Origin: Ylistrum balloti
Lineage: Eukaryota
Assembly: GCF_031769215.1 (NCBI RefSeq)
Contig: NW_026782454.1
Location: forward strand, 434,001 to 498,000
Direction: 5' to 3'
Length of the DNA stretch: 64,000 bases
The notes under the pieces were generated by a model. The model did not search any database. It was not told the origin of the DNA and saw only the letters and a program-made list of their open reading frames with translations. Below are positions 25,356-38,300 of the stretch, in pieces (within the stretch, counting starts at the first letter, position 1; the number at the start of each line of letters is the position of its first letter). The translations under genes were made by a program, and so were the position numbers.

Positions 25356-26824
25356 TTACTGACTAACATATATAGGAATATTTTTCAAAAAATCGGAAAA
25401 TATCGGAAATATAGGTGTTACAAAATAGAGGTTTTTTAACCAAAATATCGGAAAATTTAGGAATTGGTTGACAGCCTGCATTCATATAAATGACCATAAT
25501 ATCAAACAAGTGTGAGTTACAGGGTTGAAGGGTCAAGGTCATCATTACAATTTCATGAAAAAAGCTCTCTAGTGGGGTAATTCAGCTTGATTATACACTG
25601 TTGTTCCATTATAGAAATAGTTTGAAAAACAAAACAAACAAAAAAACAAGGAAATCATTAAATGAATATCAATAAATATTTAATGGTATATATATATAAC
25701 TTGCATAAATATTTATCACATTGTGCATAGTGGACGTCACTGACGACAGCATTACTGGTACCATGAAGTGACATAGGTGTGTGGGACAGACAACAACTGA
25801 TAGCACAATCAATCACCAGGTATGTGTAGACAGAAACTCTGTCTACATATCACTAGTCTCATTTGTTTCTGCCAGCCATGTTTTGACATAAGTGCAATTT
25901 TTGTAATTGTGTTTAAAACAGTGATTTGAGCATCTGTCAGGACTCAACATGATTTGACAGGCTTTTTTAGCACCATAAAAATATGCAAATATTCTATTTT
26001 TCTGATCCAAAATGCTGATGTAAAGCTTCATTTATCTGATGAGATCACCAAACTTCCAAGTGTTTCAACAAATATTCTACCCTTAAAAGAGTATAACATC
26101 TTCATATGTCAATCAAGCCGTGAATTAATGAAATATTTATCTAATCATTTAGATAATGATGACATGTTACTATTTACAGTCATACATGTCTATATTTACC
26201 TGTCTAAAAAGGACATCAGCTAACAGTTTACCTGTATATAACAAACACCTGTCTATAAAGGCCAGTTGGTTTCTCATACATATATGATACATCTTGAAAC
26301 TCTTTATAAAGGCCATCTGTAGATATATATAAAACAAATATCTATAACACCCAGTTTGTTTCAGCACAGTGTAGTACAACAGATAGTAAATGAACTTCTG
26401 TAGAAAGTTCATTTTCTCAAGTTGCATTTAGTGACCTTTATAGACAGGTTTGACATTATAGTTTGCGGAATGTATACCATCTTACTATAACCTAATAGAA
26501 GGTATATGATTATGATAATTGTTATATTAGGTATACATGTATACATCATGTATATGGGTTCAACAAACAAAAGTTTAACACACATTAAACTGACACAGAA
26601 TCCACACAGAATCCTGACTATCCAGTGATATGGAAAAAATTTCCAGTTGACCGAAGAGTCTATCCTGATGGGGGCAGAAACTTTTCTAACTTCCCCCATT
26701 ATCTATATCGGAAGGGTTAAACCTGCCTTATCAGGCATTCTAATCTGACACATTCTGTAGATCCATTTATTATGATAACTACCAATCAATAATTGTATTC
26801 AGCTGTCCTGTTCGATGGGAGTGG

Positions 26825-28110
26825 TTTATCTGACCAGTAAGTTGTGTCCCACAGTGTGTTAGGTTTATCTGACCAATATGTTGTGTCCCACAGTATGTTA
26901 GGGTTATCTGACCAGTAAGTTGTGTCCCACAGTGTGTTAGGTTTATCTGACCAATATGTTGTGTCCCACAGTGTGTTAGGTTTATCTGACCAGTAAGTTG
27001 TGTCCCACAGTGTGTTAGGTTTATCTGACCAATATGTTGTGTCCCACAGGGTGTTAGGTTTATCTGACCAGTAAGTTGTGTCCCACAGTGTGTTAGGTTT
27101 ATCTGACCAATATGTTGTGTCCCACAGGGTGTTAGATTTATCTGACCAGTAAGTTGTGTCCCACAGTGTGTTAGGTTTATCTGACCAGTAAGTTGTGTCC
27201 CACAGTGTTAGGTTTATCTGACCAATATGTTGTGTCCCACAGGGTGTTAGATTTATCTGACCAGTAAGTTGTGTCCCACAGTGTGTTAGGTTTATCTGAC
27301 CAATATGTTGTGTCCCACAGGGTGTTAGGTTTATCTGACCAGTAAGTTGTGTCCCACAGTGTGTTAGGTTTATCTGACCAGTAAGTTGTGTCCCACAGTG
27401 TTAGGTTTATCTGACCAATATGTTGTGTCCCACAGGGTGTTAGATTTATCTGACCAGTAAGTTGTGTCCCACAGTGTGTTAGGTTTATCTGACCAATATG
27501 TTGTGTCCCACAGGGTGTTAGGTTTATCTGACCAGTAAGTTGTGTCCCACAGTGTGTTAGGTTTATCTGACCAATATGTTGTGTCCAACAGGGTATTAGG
27601 TTTATCTGACCAGTAAGTTTTGTCCCACAGGGTGTTAGGTTTATCTGACCAGTAAGTTCTGTCCCACAGTTTGTTAGGTTTATCTGACCAGTAAGTTGTG
27701 TCCCACAGTGTGTTAGGTTTATTTGACCAGTAAGTTCTGTCCCACAGTTTGTTAGGTTTATCTGACCAGTAAGTTGTGTCCCACAGTGTGTTAGGTTTAT
27801 TTGACCAGTAAGTTGTGTCCCACAGTGTTTTAGGTTTACCTGACCAGTAAGTTGTGTCCCACAGTGTGTTAGGTTTATCTGATCAGTAAGTTGTGTCCCA
27901 CAGGTTGTTAGGTTTATCTGACCAGTAAGTTGTGTCCCACAGTGTGTAAGGTTTATCTGATCAGTAAGTTGTGTCCCACAAGGTGTTAGGTTTATCTGAC
28001 CAGTAAGTTGTGTCCCACAGTGTGTTAGGTTTATTTTGACCAATATGTTGTGTCCCACAGTGTGTTATGTTTATCTGATATATGTTGTGTCCCACATGGT
28101 GTTAGGTTTA
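26825..28110. repeat. 39-bp minisatellite, ~33 copies
   Basis: TTATCTGACCAGTAAGTTGTGTCCCACAGTGTGTTAGGT. Confidence 0.97.
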
Positions 28111-29684
28111 TTTGCTTAAGTGGCAATCATCACCCTTTCTGAACTGGATTTGTGTCCTGTATGTTGATTTAATTTTTATTTTACCTACCGGTATTTTCAA
28201 TTCTTGAAATTTAAGTTATCTTTTCTGAAAATCTACATCAACAAGAATGATTTTTAATTTTACATATGTCAGTGACTAACCATATTATATTAGATATTTA
28301 TATTTTTGAATATTTGACAGTGTAAGGTATAGACACTGCTAAATGATAATATTTAAATGTTGATAACAACAAACACAGAGATCGTAACAAGAGTGCTTCT
28401 TTAAGACAATATCTTCTCCTATGGAAAGACCACAGAAAGAATCAAGGCATATGTAAACAACAACATAAATCCTTGAAAGTTAATTTCACTATGAAATTCA
28501 TCGGGTCGATGGACTACTTTGTGTATGGTATATTTCATTCATTTGTCTACAGGGACCTCGACAGATCAGTTGGAAATATGTTGGCCTTTTAAAGCTAAGA
28601 CAGACCTGAGGTTAGTGATGTGAAACTAACAACTCATGGTGATTTGTGTGTCACAGGAAGCTGGGAAATGGACATTTCTGTGCTGTTATGGCTGTGCAGA
28701 AACTTTTGTAGGATTTTTCCTGCGATTCCAGAACACCAAAACTTTGATGAGTCCATTACTGAAGAGATATAGTGGTTCTCAAAATTTGAGTGAATCCCAA
28801 AGGAAAAGCACATATCCAGGATTCATATATCTCAGTGCCTAAAATCACTGTAGTGTCCTATGGCAAGACACCTTGAGTGCTGTGGCAGACCTTCTGTATG
28901 TTGTTCAGTGAAGTAGTACCAGCTACTACAAGGAGACTGTTTATGGGGTTTATGGGCCTTCATAGGAGATCAATCTGAACTGACTTATTAATGATAATAT
29001 TCATGATATTAGCCTGCTGTGAATACTAAGAATATACCAGTGACAATTGAATCAATAAAAGATATTTTGGCTTTAACATGAAAGGTACAAAAAATGGGGC
29101 AGCTTTCTCATAGAAAATCTGCTACCTTAGTTATAAAGTGGATTTATAGTACAATATGTATATAAAAAGTCAAAGAACAAACAAATCTTCATTCACAATA
29201 CCAAGCTGCCAAATACAGCTAAAAACAATGAAAGAAAACATCGTAATATCACTCTTATTTAAAAGTCTTAAGACAATGACCAGCTGGCATTTACAACACA
29301 TATTTATACATTTGTGCTCTGTATAGTACAGGACTTCGACAACATATGGAAAGAAAACCATCAAAAGTGATACATTCACAAGTATTTTGGAAACTCCATC
29401 AAACCCAGATTAAACATAATGCATTTAATAATGCTGTTCATTCATCAAATTTAGAGGAGGTTTATCATACGTTCTAATAACTCACATACAGATAAGTGAT
29501 TGGTTTAATAGTACCATTCATGTAATGAACTACTTACTAAATAGTGATCTTTTGAAAAAAAGTTAGTTTGAGCTTCAATAAAAATGTTTTATAGAGTTTT
29601 TTACAAGCCTTTATAACATGCAACAGAAAACATTTGAAAAGTTTTGCCCAATTTGAAACCTACTAGAATTGAAATTCCTTTAAG

Positions 29685-31610
29685 GTTTTAGTACAACCTG
29701 TACTATAATAGTCGTACAAGGTTTTAGTACAACCTGTAGTATAATAGTCGTACAAGGTTTTAGTACAACCTGTAGTATAATAGTCCTACATACAAGGTTT
29801 TAGTACAACCTGTAGTATAATAGTCCTACATACAAGGTTTTAGTACAACCTGTACTATAATAGTCCTACATACAAGGTTTTAGTACAACCTGTACTATAA
29901 TAGTCCTACATACAAGGTTTAGTACAACCTGTACTATAATAGTCCTACATACAAGGTTTTAGTACAACCTGTACTATAATAGTCCTACATACAAGGTTTC
30001 AGTACAACCTGTAGTATAATAGTCCTACAAGGTTTTAGTACAACCTGTACTATAATAGTCCTACATACAAGGTTTAGTACAACCTGTAGTATAATAGTCC
30101 TAGTCCTACAAGGTTTTAGTACAACCTGTACTATAATAGTCCTACATACAAGGTTTCAGTACAACCTGTAGTATGATAGTCCTACATACAAGGTTTTAGT
30201 ACAACCTGTACTATAATAGTCCTACATACAAGGTTTTAGTACAACCTGTACTATAATAGTCCTACATACAAGGTTTAGTACAACCTGTACTATAATAGTC
30301 CTACATACAAGGTTTTAGTACAACCTGTACTATAATAGTCCTACATACAAGGTTTCAGTACAACCTGTAGTATAATAGTCCTACAAGGTTTTAGTACAAC
30401 CTGTACTATAATAGTCCTACATACAAGGTTTAGTACAACCTGTAGTATAATAGTCCTACAAGGTTTTAGTACAACCTGTACTATAATAGTCCTACATACA
30501 AGGTTTAGTACAACCTGTAGTATAATAGTCCTACAAGGTTTTAGTACAATCTGTACTATAATAGTCCTACATACAAGGTTTTAGTACAACCTGTACTATA
30601 ATAGTCCTACATACAAGGTTTCAGTACAACCTGTAGTATAATAGTCCTACAAGGTTTTAGTACAACTTGTAGTATAATAGTCCTACAAGGTTTTAGTACA
30701 ACCTGTACTATAATAGTCCTACATACAAGGTTTTAGTACAACCTGTAGTATAATAGTCCTACATACAAGGTTTTAGTACAACCTGTAGTATAATAGTCCT
30801 ACATACAAGGTTTTAGTACAACCTGTACTATAATAGTCCTACATACAAGGTTTTAGTACAACCTGTAGTATAATAGTCCTACATACAAGGTTTAGTACAA
30901 CCTGTACTATAATAGTCGTACAAGGTTTTAGTACAACCTGTAGTATAATAGTCGTACAAGGTTTTAGTACAACCTGTAGTATAATAGTCCTACATACAAG
31001 GTTTTAGTACAACCTGTAGTGTAATAGTCCTACATACAAGGTTTTAGTACAACCTGTAGTATAATAGTCGTACAAGATTTTAGTACAACCTGTAGTATAA
31101 TAGTCCTACATACAAGGTTTTAGTACAACCTGTAGTATAATAGTCCTACATACAAGGTTTTAGTACAACCTGTACTATAATAGTCCTACATACAAGGTTT
31201 TAGTACAACCTGTAGTATAATAGTCGTACAAGGTTTTAGTACAACCTGTAGTATAATAGTCGTACAAGGTTTTAGTACAACCTGTAGTATAATAGTCATA
31301 CAAGGTTTTAGTACAACCTGTAGTATAATAGTCCTACGTACAAGGTTTTAGTACAACCTGTAGTATAATAGTCGTACAAGGTTTTAGTACAACCTGTAGT
31401 ATAATAGTCCTACATACAAGGTTTTAGTACAACCTGTACTATAATAGTCCTACATACAAGATTTTAGTACAACCTGTAATATAATAGTCCTACATACAAG
31501 ATTTTAGTACAACCTGTAGTATAATAGTCCTACAAGGTTTTAGTACAACCTGTAGTATAATAGTCCTACAAGGTTTTAGTACAACCTGTAGTATAATAGT
31601 CCTACAACAT
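29685..31610. repeat. ~36-40-bp minisatellite with internal dyads, ~1.9 kb
   Basis: AAGGTTTTAGTACAACCTGTA(C/G)TATAATAGTCCTAC(ATAC). Confidence 0.97.
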
Positions 31611-32218
31611 GTCCTAGTACATGATGCACTAATGTCCTTGCAGGTTTTCTACAGTAGACATTTATTTCTGAATATTATAAGAATACACATACTGGTATAT
31701 TTTTTCTAAAGATAACCACAATCATGACCTCACAGATATATTTGTACATCAAATTGCACCATTTCAGCTGATGATAAAAACAATTTTCAGATACAAAATG
31801 AAAACAAAAAACATTATTTCAGTATACAAAGGAATAAATGAGTGAATCCACTAGAGAACTTAAATGCATGTCATTTTGCCACCGGTTCTGAAGGTGGGGG
31901 AGGGGTTTGGAAATCACTGATATGGTAAGATGGGTATAATGTACAATGTAGTTTTGAAATTTACCATGATATTTTACATTGTGTAAAGTTTTTCATTTTA
32001 AAAGTTTTAAAATACTATATCAAGTTAAATAAGAGACGTTTTCACAATTTGTTATTTCCTTAAAAAGTCAAACACAGACTGCAGTGAGTTTTTAAGTCCT
32101 CTGTTATAATAGGTAAATTGACTATATATATTAGAGGAAAGTTTCTTTTGGTCATTGATAATAAAAGGACAGTTATGTATTTTGGCAAGTAGTTGTATTT
32201 TTGACAATATCTTTTTTT

Positions 32219-32224
32219 TTTATT
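32219..32224 (-). terminator. candidate polyadenylation signal of the coiled-coil gene
   Basis: TTTATT on + (AATAAA on -) ~90 nt downstream of the stop at 32312. Confidence 0.35.
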
Positions 32225-32311
32225 TCTCAATAAAAACTTTTGTGGACCTGGATTCTTTTGGGCACATTTTGGCGATAGTTCAGGAACAATGCCTGACCTA
32301 CGTTGATTATA

Positions 32312-35300
32312 TCAGAAATGCTGAGACTCTAGAGATACTGTATCATCATCACTCAGGTCCAAATCTTCCAAGTCAAGGTCTTCATCTGTAAAACATGATA
32401 CATCACATGTAATGGTCATCTCTAAAGTTGAAGGAAGTTGATCAGCCCTCTCATTCAACATTGGGGTGGGGGCGGGGGTGGGAGGGGGTGGAGGGGGAGG
32501 TGGGGGAGTGAAGGCTAAATATAAAGACAGACTTACTACTGCATATGTCGTTGATGTTGGGAAGACATGAATATGGTATAAACATTTTTACCATTTAGTT
32601 ACCATATGAGTACTACCAGAAAAAATTACTTTCACTGAGTAATGATTGCAGTTGATTTTATATCATAACTTTACACCTGGATGATGTCAGTATTTACAAA
32701 TAAACAGAAACTTAAATCCTGCAGATATAAGGAATAATGTATGTGTTAATTTTTTTTTTTTTGTAATCACTGGCAACGGATATTTTGATATTGAAGATCA
32801 GTGTATGAAGTTTTGTAACATTCATATAGAAAAATACATTTATGTATTACATAAAGAATAGCAAGCTCACTGAAGTATAAAATTAACTCCTGATATGAAT
32901 TGAATTTCATATTGAAAATAATGTTGACTTTGAAATCTAATGTGTATAAGATTTCATCCACAAGAAGGAAAGGAGCAGATACTTTATTGATTCAGAGACA
33001 GGGAGTAGGCTTTTTATTAATATAGTCACTTTCTGAATATCGAATTAGGTCTAGTAAGACAGGGTGTTTGATGTGGAGACAGGGAGTAGGCTTTTTATTA
33101 ATATAGTCACTTTCTGAATATCGAATTAGGTCTAGTAAGACAGGGTGTTTGATGTGGAGAGAGGGAGTAGGCTTTTTATTAATATAGTCACTTTCTGAAT
33201 ATCGAATTAGGTCTAGTAAGACAGACTCTTTGTGGCAGTAATAATGAAATAATGATATCCAGATCCTTGTAGAGAATTCAGTTTAGGAGATCGAGAGAAA
33301 ATTAACATGTCAAGAGCTGAAGTAAAGTTACAAGATGATGATGGGACATAATTAAATATAAACTTTCATTTAAATTGTGATGATCAATTTTCATTTTACA
33401 TAATTGATCATTGCAGCCACAACATTTTAATTTCAAAAAAATGATATTGTGCATAATAATAATTAAGATTGTCTCTGTTTTATCTTCTTATAGTTCTTTA
33501 TGTTAAAGTTACAAAAATCAATATTATTGTAATAGAGAGCACATGAACATTGTATGAATATGCATCTGACTGCAAGTTTATGAATATTCATCACAAGGTA
33601 AGTTTATGAATGTTAATCACATGGTAAGTTTATCAATATTCATCACACAGCAACATGATGAACATCACATAGCCAGTTTGATGTATAATCAATTAACAAC
33701 ATCAGAAAGCAGACAAGATTTGAAATAATTATCAATTATAGATTTGTAACTGATTTCCTAAAGTCCTGTAGGATAATAGCACATTGAAAGACCAATCAGT
33801 ACAGAAGTCTGAAATATTTTACTGAATTATCAGACTAAGAATAATCATTTAAAATTTCTGATAATATACTACACTTACCAGAATCAAGATCAAGATTTTC
33901 AGGGTCAGATGTCTTTGAACTTTTCTTCTGTTTCACTGGTCTGTCTATAAATGTGTCTAGACTTGTTTCATCATCATCGCTCAGATTCAACTCCTCCAAG
34001 TCCATCACACTTGTGTTGTCTGACCCACGGTAACCTGGACACCAAACATATTTTAATATTTATATATTGCAACATAATTTAAAATTAAGATTTAAACATG
34101 TTTGCACCTTGACAATTTTATACACGCTGACTTTTGCTATCTATCTATTTCAGAGAATTTCTGACCCAACTGCTAAGTACAAGTAGTGGTCACTAAAAAC
34201 AAAACAGCCTTAATAGGCACCTACCCCTCAATCATGCACAAAGAATTTGGTATGAATATAAGGGACATGACCTTGGGAAAATCCTTGAAATGAAAATAAA
34301 TCATGACCCCACAGTTACAATTTAATCATGTGGATGAAGCTTCATAGCAATTGGTAAAAGGAGTGAAAAATTTTGCTCTGAACAAACTTCTTATATTGTA
34401 AAGGGCCATAACTCTAAAAAACACCACTAAATGAGAGCTTAGTTGCAACAAGCTTAATGTATTGGTAATGATTACAAAGTGGTTGAGAGATTGAGGGGAA
34501 GTATTGTAGACAACTGGACACTCTCCTGTTTTATATGTGTATAGACAGATGTCCTGGTTCCAGTATATTCACATACCCTCTGGCCTTCAGCTTTGCTGGG
34601 AACATAGTTGGTCCTCATTGTAGCCAACCTCTTTAAACATTTTAGAAATGAATTGAGGAGAAAACATGGTGTTTTTACTGCAATGTTAGTTATATATCAG
34701 AAAGTGAAGGGCATCCATGCATGCATCTTCTCAGAAATTCACCCTTATTCCTTAGAACAGAAGTTTTTATAACACAAGCATTAAAGTACTAGTAGGACAG
34801 TGCTAGTATACTCCACATCTGTCTGATAAAGGAGGCCACATAGACATCAAAATGTTACACTAAAATCTTCTTTTGGTTCGAAGTACTTCTACTCCATTGA
34901 CTGAAGGAAACATTCTGGAATCGCCCTTATCCCAGCTGTTTGGAGAACTAGACATTAGAAATATTGATTGCTGGGAAAACAAGGTTCAAATGAAATTGAA
35001 CTCGTAGTTAACATACATGCTGTCTTTTATGAAAATAAGAAACTTACCATTTGTTTGTGTGTATGGACGGTTTCCTCCTGATAATGTGGCGTCACGGTGT
35101 ACGGAAGCTTCCATGTTATCTACTTTGTTTTTCAGAGTAGCAATGGTGGACCTGGACGAATCATTTAAAGTTGCTTTGAAATATGAGTTAATTACGTCAG
35201 TAAACATCTGTAACATTAACCTCCTGATAGCTGTCAAAAGTTCTAAAGAATGATCACGTAACGCTTGGTTCTTTTGTCAGGTTACACTACTATAATATCA

Positions 35301-38300
35301 ATATCATAGTTTTTTGAGAAGCAATCTGCTCCAGAGGTATGAATATCAAGTAAAACTGACAAGAATATCCATGAAATTGATCAATGCTCGACGAAAATGA
35401 CTTTGTATGATACAAAATTTTAACAAAGGGCAATATTCTGTAATTAAGGGGTTGCAGATCCTGAATTTGGTATACTGAACATTCTCTTAGTATGACCTTT
35501 TGTATACACCAAGTTTCACAATCCTAATTTTAATACAAAAGCCATGCTCATGACACAAAATTTTAATGAAGGGCAATAACTCTGTAATCGAGGAGTCAAG
35601 GACCCTGGATTTGGTACACTGCACATCCCCCAGTATGACCAATGTATACACCAAGTTTCATCATCCTTACTTAACTGTGGGCAAAGCTATGCCACAGACA
35701 CAAAAGGACAGACAGAAAGCCATAGGGATTAACAAGGTGGCGACTACAAGCTTCCCTAAAACTTTTGGAGAACATCAAAACTGATCAAATCATAAAACAC
35801 AAAAATTTCACAAAGGGTTAATTAACACAGCATGTGTGATGTAGCCAGATTTAAGTATCCAAGCTCTGATATATAGTTACCTGAGTTCTGACATGTGCAG
35901 TTTGTCCGAGGTAGAAGTAGAGACATGACCAGGTGACCAGTACGGAGTTGACAAAGTTTTGGCCGGAGAAGATAAATCTTGTACTGTCTGTAGAGAAATT
36001 TATCTTAAATATCCCTCTGTATGTATTCAAGTATTGTTAAACAGTTCAAACACTGTACTTTTCAAATTTTTGTTGATTTAATCAAAAGAGATTTCAAAGA
36101 GTTATATTTAAATCAATAGTTTTAAATAAATGAAAGTCTGACTTTTAAACATTTTTTTAAAAATAAGTTAATAATTTAAACATGCATATCAAAACAATAC
36201 ATCTCTATCTGAAAGTCCAACAGCCAATCCAATTAAAACAATGCTATGATATAAAATTGTTTTCATGTTTTTTCTCGTGAATAATAAAAGTAAATGATTA
36301 AATATCAGAGAATAAAACAACTCCCTGATAATAAATATGAAAGACCTGTAAAGCCCATGTAATCATATTAATAGAAAATTCCTCCCTATCCAACACAGTA
36401 GATACTGCCCTTACATACTTACATGATCAGTTCTGTTCCGACAGCATGTCACACCCACCTGATCAGTTCTGTCCCAACAGCATGCCACACCCACCTGATC
36501 AGTTCTGTCCCGACAGCAAGCCACACCCACCTGATCAGTTCTGTCTTGACAGTATGCCACACCTACCTGATCAGTTCTGTCCTGACAGCATGCCACACTC
36601 ACCTGATCAGTCCTGTCCCAACAGCATGCCACACTCATCTGATCAATTCTTTCCTAAGAATGTGCCACACCCACCTGATCAGTTCTGTCTTGACAGTATG
36701 CCACACCTACCTGATCAGTTCTGTTCCGACAGCATGCCACACCCACCTGATCAGTTCTGTCCTGAGAGCATGCCAAATCCACCTGATCAGTTCTGTCCTG
36801 ACAGTATGCCACACCTACTTGATCAGTTCTGTCCTGACAGTATGCCACACCTACTTGATCAGTTCTGTCCTGACAGTATGCCACACCTACCTGATCAGTT
36901 CTGTCCTGATAGCATGCCACACCTAACTGATCAGTTCTGTCCTGACAGCATGCCACACCTAACTGATCAGTTCTGTCCTGACAGTATGCCACACCTAACT
37001 GATCAGTTCTGTCCTGACAGCATGCCACACTCACCTGATCAGTCCTGTCCCAACAGCATGCCACACTCATCTGATCAATTCTTTCCTAAGAATGTGCCAC
37101 ACCCACCTGATCAGTTCTGTCTTGACAGCATGCCACTCCCACCTGATCAGTTCTTTCTAAAGAACATGCCACACTCACCTGATCAATACTTCCTAAGAAC
37201 GTGCCACACTCACCTGATCAATTCTGTCTTGATAAAGTGCCACACTCACCTGATCAATACTTCCTAAGAATGTGCCACACTCACCTGATCAATTCTGTCT
37301 TGACGACGTTCAATGTCTTTCCGATTTGAGTAAATATCAGACATATCCAGTTCTATTTTCACTGTGAATAAATTTGATTATACATCATATACCAGAAAGA
37401 AAAAAATTCAATTCTTCAAAAGGAAATCATGGTTCAAGAAAACCTTTAGTAGGATACAGACATCAATATCAGAACCCAAACTATTGATTCAAAATGATAA
37501 AGAGATAAGACACCTTTATTCTGTCTTCATAATGTTGGTCCATAGATTGTTCTCCAGTAACTGTTTCACTGGACTGAGTATTAGTTAACAAATACAGAGT
37601 TTAAGAAAAGAGTAAGTTTCAGTAAAGGAAGAAAAAGGAATTAAGTTCTAAAATCACACTTACTAAGTCTACTCTTCAACACTTCAACATCTCTCCTCAC
37701 TGTTTCCATTTCTTCTCTTAATGTATGTTTCCTGTAAAGTAAACCATTTGGCAACTTGTTCATAACAACTGGGTGACTTTTTTATTCCTAAGTACAAACT
37801 TCCAGATAATTCTAAAAATGTGTAAGAAAGAACCAAGACATCTAAATATATTGTTTAAACATTAGTTATAAATGAAGACTGCAGGTGATTCAGGACGTGT
37901 CTAATATGATCAACATAAATACAGAAATATTTATACTTACATGTCCATCATATCTCTGCTGATTGTGTTCACCTGAATGTCTGACACTTGATTGTCTCCC
38001 TTATTTCGGTACATTTGGACCTGATTTTGTAGTACATGTATCTCAGACAACATTTCGCGTTTCACTTGCTCCATGCGGCGTTCCATGGTGTTGTCTGAAT
38101 TTTTGTCATACATTTTCCCACCCAATGATTGTATTTCTCCTGTAGACAAAAAGGTTTAGAAACAGGACTAATTCTTACCTATCAGACGGACAGGCGGACA
38201 GACAGACAGACAGTTTGTCTGTGCACAAAAAGTTTGGAAACAGGACTAACTCTTATATGTAGTACATACACATACATCTCCTTTATCAGAAAAGTCAACA

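Noticed and set aside
22607-28058. ORFs over the 37-, 72- and 39-bp arrays
   Set aside because: Same repeat artefact; they lie in a THOC1 intron or intergenic array with no splice or start support.
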